A DNA stretch of 64,000 bases from positions 56,050,001-56,114,000 of the forward strand of contig NC_058382.1 of the NCBI RefSeq assembly GCF_018350175.1, written 5' to 3'. The stretch is from Felis catus (taxonomy: Eukaryota). Each line of letters opens with the position of its first letter. Position 1 is the first letter of the stretch. A program made the translations under genes and the position numbers. A model generated the notes under the pieces. The model was given only the letters and a program-made list of their open reading frames with translations, searched no databases and was not told the origin of the DNA. Of this stretch, positions 60,490 through 64,000 are shown piece after piece.

Positions 60490-60715
60490 CCTTTGTTTCT
60501 TGTTTGTTTATTTATAAATATTTATTTTTAAGAGAGAGAGAGAGAGAGAGCAAGTGCACATAAGGGGATGGGCAGAGAGAGGGGGAAACATAGGATCCAA
60601 AGCTGGCTCTGCACTGAGAGTGAGAGAGTTCAACACGGGCTCAAACTTACCAGCCATGAGATCATGACCTGAGCCAAAGCTGGATGCTTTACCGACTGAG
60701 CTACCCAGGCACCCC
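60490..60715 (-). mobile_element. CanSINE
   Basis: Full reverse SINE; TSD catcgtcctttgtt / catcttcttttgtt. Confidence 0.93.
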
Positions 60716-61129
60716 CATCTTCTTTTGTTTAAAATGTAAGGGCACACAAGCAAAATCAACTAAACTAATGTGTCTAGGACAATGGTTTCTCTAATAACCT
60801 TACTGCCATTCTCTTAACATTGAGCCAACTGTGTTCTCCTTTTTATTATTTCTACTAGATTCCTTACTTCTTTACTATACTTTTAATTGGGCCTTTAAAA
60901 TATGTATTTACACACCAGTGTTTCCTGTTATGCTTTGTCTTCCTAAAGGGTGGGAGCCTTGTCTTACTAAATTTTGTAGTGATCTTGGCATGAACAGGTA
61001 GTAGGCACTCAATAAAGGTCACTTACATCAATGAATGAATCCTTAAGAATATGATTAATTGGCAAATAGAGGAATCATTCCTTCTGATTCATTTGGAGAA
61101 ATTTTTATTTGAACATTAGGCAGTTAGAT

Positions 61130-61187
61130 TTTATTTTATTTGTATTTTTTATTTATTTAGAGAGAGAGTGTGAGCAGGGGAGGGGCA

Positions 61188-61237
<50 letters not shown>

Positions 61238-61363
61238 CCCAAGCAGGCTCCACACGGTCAGCACAGAGCCTGAAGTGGGACTCAATCCCACGAACCATGA
61301 GATTATGATCTGAGCTGAAATCAAGGGTTGGACGCTCAACCAACTGAGCTACCCAGGTGCCCC
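61130..61363 (-). mobile_element. CanSINE with long (GA)n
   Basis: TSD taggcagttagatttta / taggcagttaaatttta. Confidence 0.95.
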
Positions 61364-61950
61364 TAGGCAGTTAAATTTTAAAGAAAAGATGCATATTACA
61401 TTATATCCCAAGAGAGCGTATGTGGCTTTCTGCTTAACATAATCTGTTCCTTGACTCCAACACCAACTTTTGCTGGGTTTATTTCTTTTCTTCTGGAACT
61501 TTTCAAAGTGAGAACCTTTAGCAGAAAAAACAATTTAACAAGATAGACATTTAGTTCAATAGAAGAATTTTTCCTGGTGTGAAAAAATAAATTACAAAAA
61601 GGACTTTGCCTCTGAAAGATAATTAATAAAAACCTTCCGGTGTGATGACAAATCTGACATCTTGTCTAATGTCTGGCAGAGAAGAAAGTGTTGAGAGTCG
61701 CACAGTTAGAATAAAATGTTCCACTTCACAGTGAGGCCAGGCAGGATCTGATAATTATTTCTAAGCAAGAAAAGGTCGTAGTCTAGTTGTTAAATTGACA
61801 CAACATCAGGCCTGGATGTGTGACTGTTGACCATCAGTGGGATCTTCCTTTATGTTTTCCTGATTTCATAGGTAAATATTGTCAGGAATTTGAGCGGTTA
61901 TGGGATGAGTTCCTCTTGGACATTTTGGGAGGTTTTCTTGTGTATTTTTG

Positions 61951-62508
61951 TTTTTATATTTCAGCTTTGATGATGTATAATTGGCAAACAAAATTTTAAT
62001 ATATTTAAAGTGTACATCATGGTGACCCGGCACACATATACCTTGTGAGAGGATTCCCTGCATCGAGTTATTTAGTTAATTACCACCTCCATCACCTCAC
62101 TCACGTATCTGTCCCTTCTTTTATTAAGGCTTTTTCTTTTTTTGGGGGGGAGAACATCTGATTTCCATTCTCCCAGCAAACATCAACCATAAAACAGACT
62201 GCCAGTCATAGTCTTTATGCTCTCCATCACATCTTTAGAATGTATTCATCTTACTCCTGAAGATTTGTATCCTCTTGCCAACCTATCCATGTCTCCCCTA
62301 ACTCCCAGCCCCTGGAAGCCACCTTCCTACTCTCTGTTTCTATGGGTTTGATTTTTTTTTTCCACATAAGTGATATTATGTAGTATTTGTCTTTCTCTGT
62401 CTGGCTTATTCCTTTTAGCATAATGCCCTCATGGTTCATCCATGTTGTTGTCACAAGTGTCAGTATTTCCTTCTCTCTCATGGCCAAATAATATTCTATT
62501 TCTATATA

Positions 62509-62558
<50 letters not shown>

Positions 62559-62700
62559 GTATGTGTATATATATATGAATATTCCATAATATGTAACATA
62601 TGATATGATACATGGAACATATTATATATGGTATATATAATGTATATCATATATTCTTTATGCATTCTTCCACTTATGGACACTTATATTGTTTCTATAC
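61951..62700 (-). mobile_element. L1 3' end (L1MA9-like) with an internal (TA)n microsatellite (62512-62552)
   Basis: cagctttgatgatgtataattggcaaa...cccctggaagccaccttcctactctctgtttctatg...gtatttgtctttctctgtctggcttatt...ggttcatccatgttg. Confidence 0.9.
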
Positions 62701-62769
62701 CTCTTAGACATTTTGGACTCAAATTGTATTTCTAGAACTTCCCCTTCCCTTATAGAAGTTATCATGGGT

Positions 62770-63194
62770 TATAGTAGGCTTAGTAATGGTTCCCTGAACA
62801 TGTCCACATCCTTATTTCCATAACACATGACTATTACCTGGATAACCCAGGTGGACCTGACATAATCACAATGATCCTTATAAAAAGGAAGCAGGAGGCG
62901 TCCATTAGAAACAGAAGACCATATGATGGTGGAAGGAGATAGTCAGAGATAGACAAGAATGCTATCCTGCTGGCTTTGAAGATGGAGGAGGGATATCATG
63001 AGTGAAAGGATGTAGTTGGCCAATGAAAGCTGGAAAGCAAAAGGAAACCGGTTGTCCCTTGAAGCTTGCTGAAGGAACACAGCCCTATTGACCCATTTTA
63101 GACTTCTGGTACCCAGATCTGTAATATAATAAAATATTTTTCAAACCACCAAGGTTGAGGTTATTTGATATAGCACCAATATAAAACTAATACA
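62770..63194 (+). mobile_element. MaLR solo LTR (MLT1D-like)
   Basis: taatggttccctgaacatgtccacatcc...gctggctttgaagatggagg...gaaggaacacagcccta...tttagacttctgg...aaactaataca end. Confidence 0.85.
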
Positions 63195-63201
63195 TGAGGC
63201 A

Positions 63202-63720
63202 TGTCTTATTTTGAGTTCCCCTGAGTCAGAACTGGGGACAAAGAACTAGGTACAATTATTATTATTATTTTTTTTTTACTTTGAGAGGTGACCCAGGAAG
63301 CAAGAGTGAGGGGCAAGAGATGAGGTAGGGGAGGAGGGAGAGAGCCATTGTAATGAAGTATCATTGAAGTCACTGCCATGGGCAGCCAGGGTTCAAACCA
63401 CCAGGACCTCTGAATGACACATGGGATGTCCTTCAGAGGCATCCATCCAGAGGAGGGCAATTAGGGCATTTAACCAGCTGCCATTTCGCAGCATTGAGGG
63501 CGCCTTGAGGGCTGTCCCTGGAGCATCAGCTCCTCAACATTTCTCAGCTCTGCTTGACCTCACATTAACCAGGTTCCTGCAGTATAGGAGCAAGCCCCAC
63601 CCTGGAATATGAAAAGGCTGGGGCACTCTGCAGGGTAAGCCTGAGCTCTTAGGGGACTGTCCACTGTTGCAGTAGCTGAGATGGCACGCTGGCTGAGGTG
63701 TTGGACTCAGGTGTTGTCTT
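63202..63720 (-). mobile_element. ERVL solo LTR (LTR16/LTR33-like)
   Basis: tgtcttattttgagttcccc...gagaggtgacccaggaagcaagagtgagggg...gggcatttaaccagctgcca. Confidence 0.6.
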
Positions 63721-64000
63721 CAATTAGACTGAATCCTCACCCCAAGATCTATTCGTCTAGTAAGTTTCCTACCTGGTGTCTCCATGGGTTTAGGGTTTTA
63801 TATACAGACTGGACAGGTCTTGCAGCGCCTGGCAAACAACTGGTACTTAATATTTGCTCAGTCAAACTTCCTGGGGCAGCTAAGTGTCACCCACGAGTAT
63901 CTCATATAGGTAGGGACTTCCTTCTTTATTTGTCTTAAGGGAGGTAGGTCTTATCTGGCATTTGAAACCCTAATTTAAATTGCTAAATTTACTAATTTTA

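Noticed and set aside
1..64000. CRISPR arrays, prokaryotic systems, known miRNA/snRNA genes, CpG-island promoter, host-gene identity
   Set aside because: No repeat-spacer array, no mature miRNA or snRNA sequence I recognise by eye, and no extended CpG island. L1s and LTRs occur in both orientations, giving no hint of a host-gene strand. An Infernal/Rfam scan and genome BLAT would be needed to exclude these formally.

Overview
This is mammalian non-coding genomic DNA, almost certainly felid (cat-like). It carries about 19 tRNA-derived CanSINE copies or fragments, several with the feline-type internal segment (gacagctcagagcctggagcctgc) and clear target-site duplications (TSDs). I find no credible protein-coding exon, RNA gene or CpG-island promoter; the listed ORFs I examined fall on repeats, microsatellites or unremarkable unique sequence. 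The window is a mosaic of ancient eutherian repeats (L2, MIR, L1M 3' ends, MaLR/ERVL solo LTRs, hAT MITEs), young SINEs and microsatellites. Several TE-free stretches rich in homeodomain, POU and AP-1 motifs look like distal enhancers. I cannot name the locus, and I cannot support a new biological system. The best leads are: (1) an old ~270-bp local duplication (5208-5477 vs 6439-6704; ~75% identical and gap-free over 210 nt by hand alignment); (2) closely spaced tail-to-tail inverted SINE pairs; (3) ancient repeats with apparent A/T-to-G/C gain; (4) palindromic motif clusters. Repeat family names come from my recall of consensus sequences, not a database search, and boundaries of old repeats are approximate.
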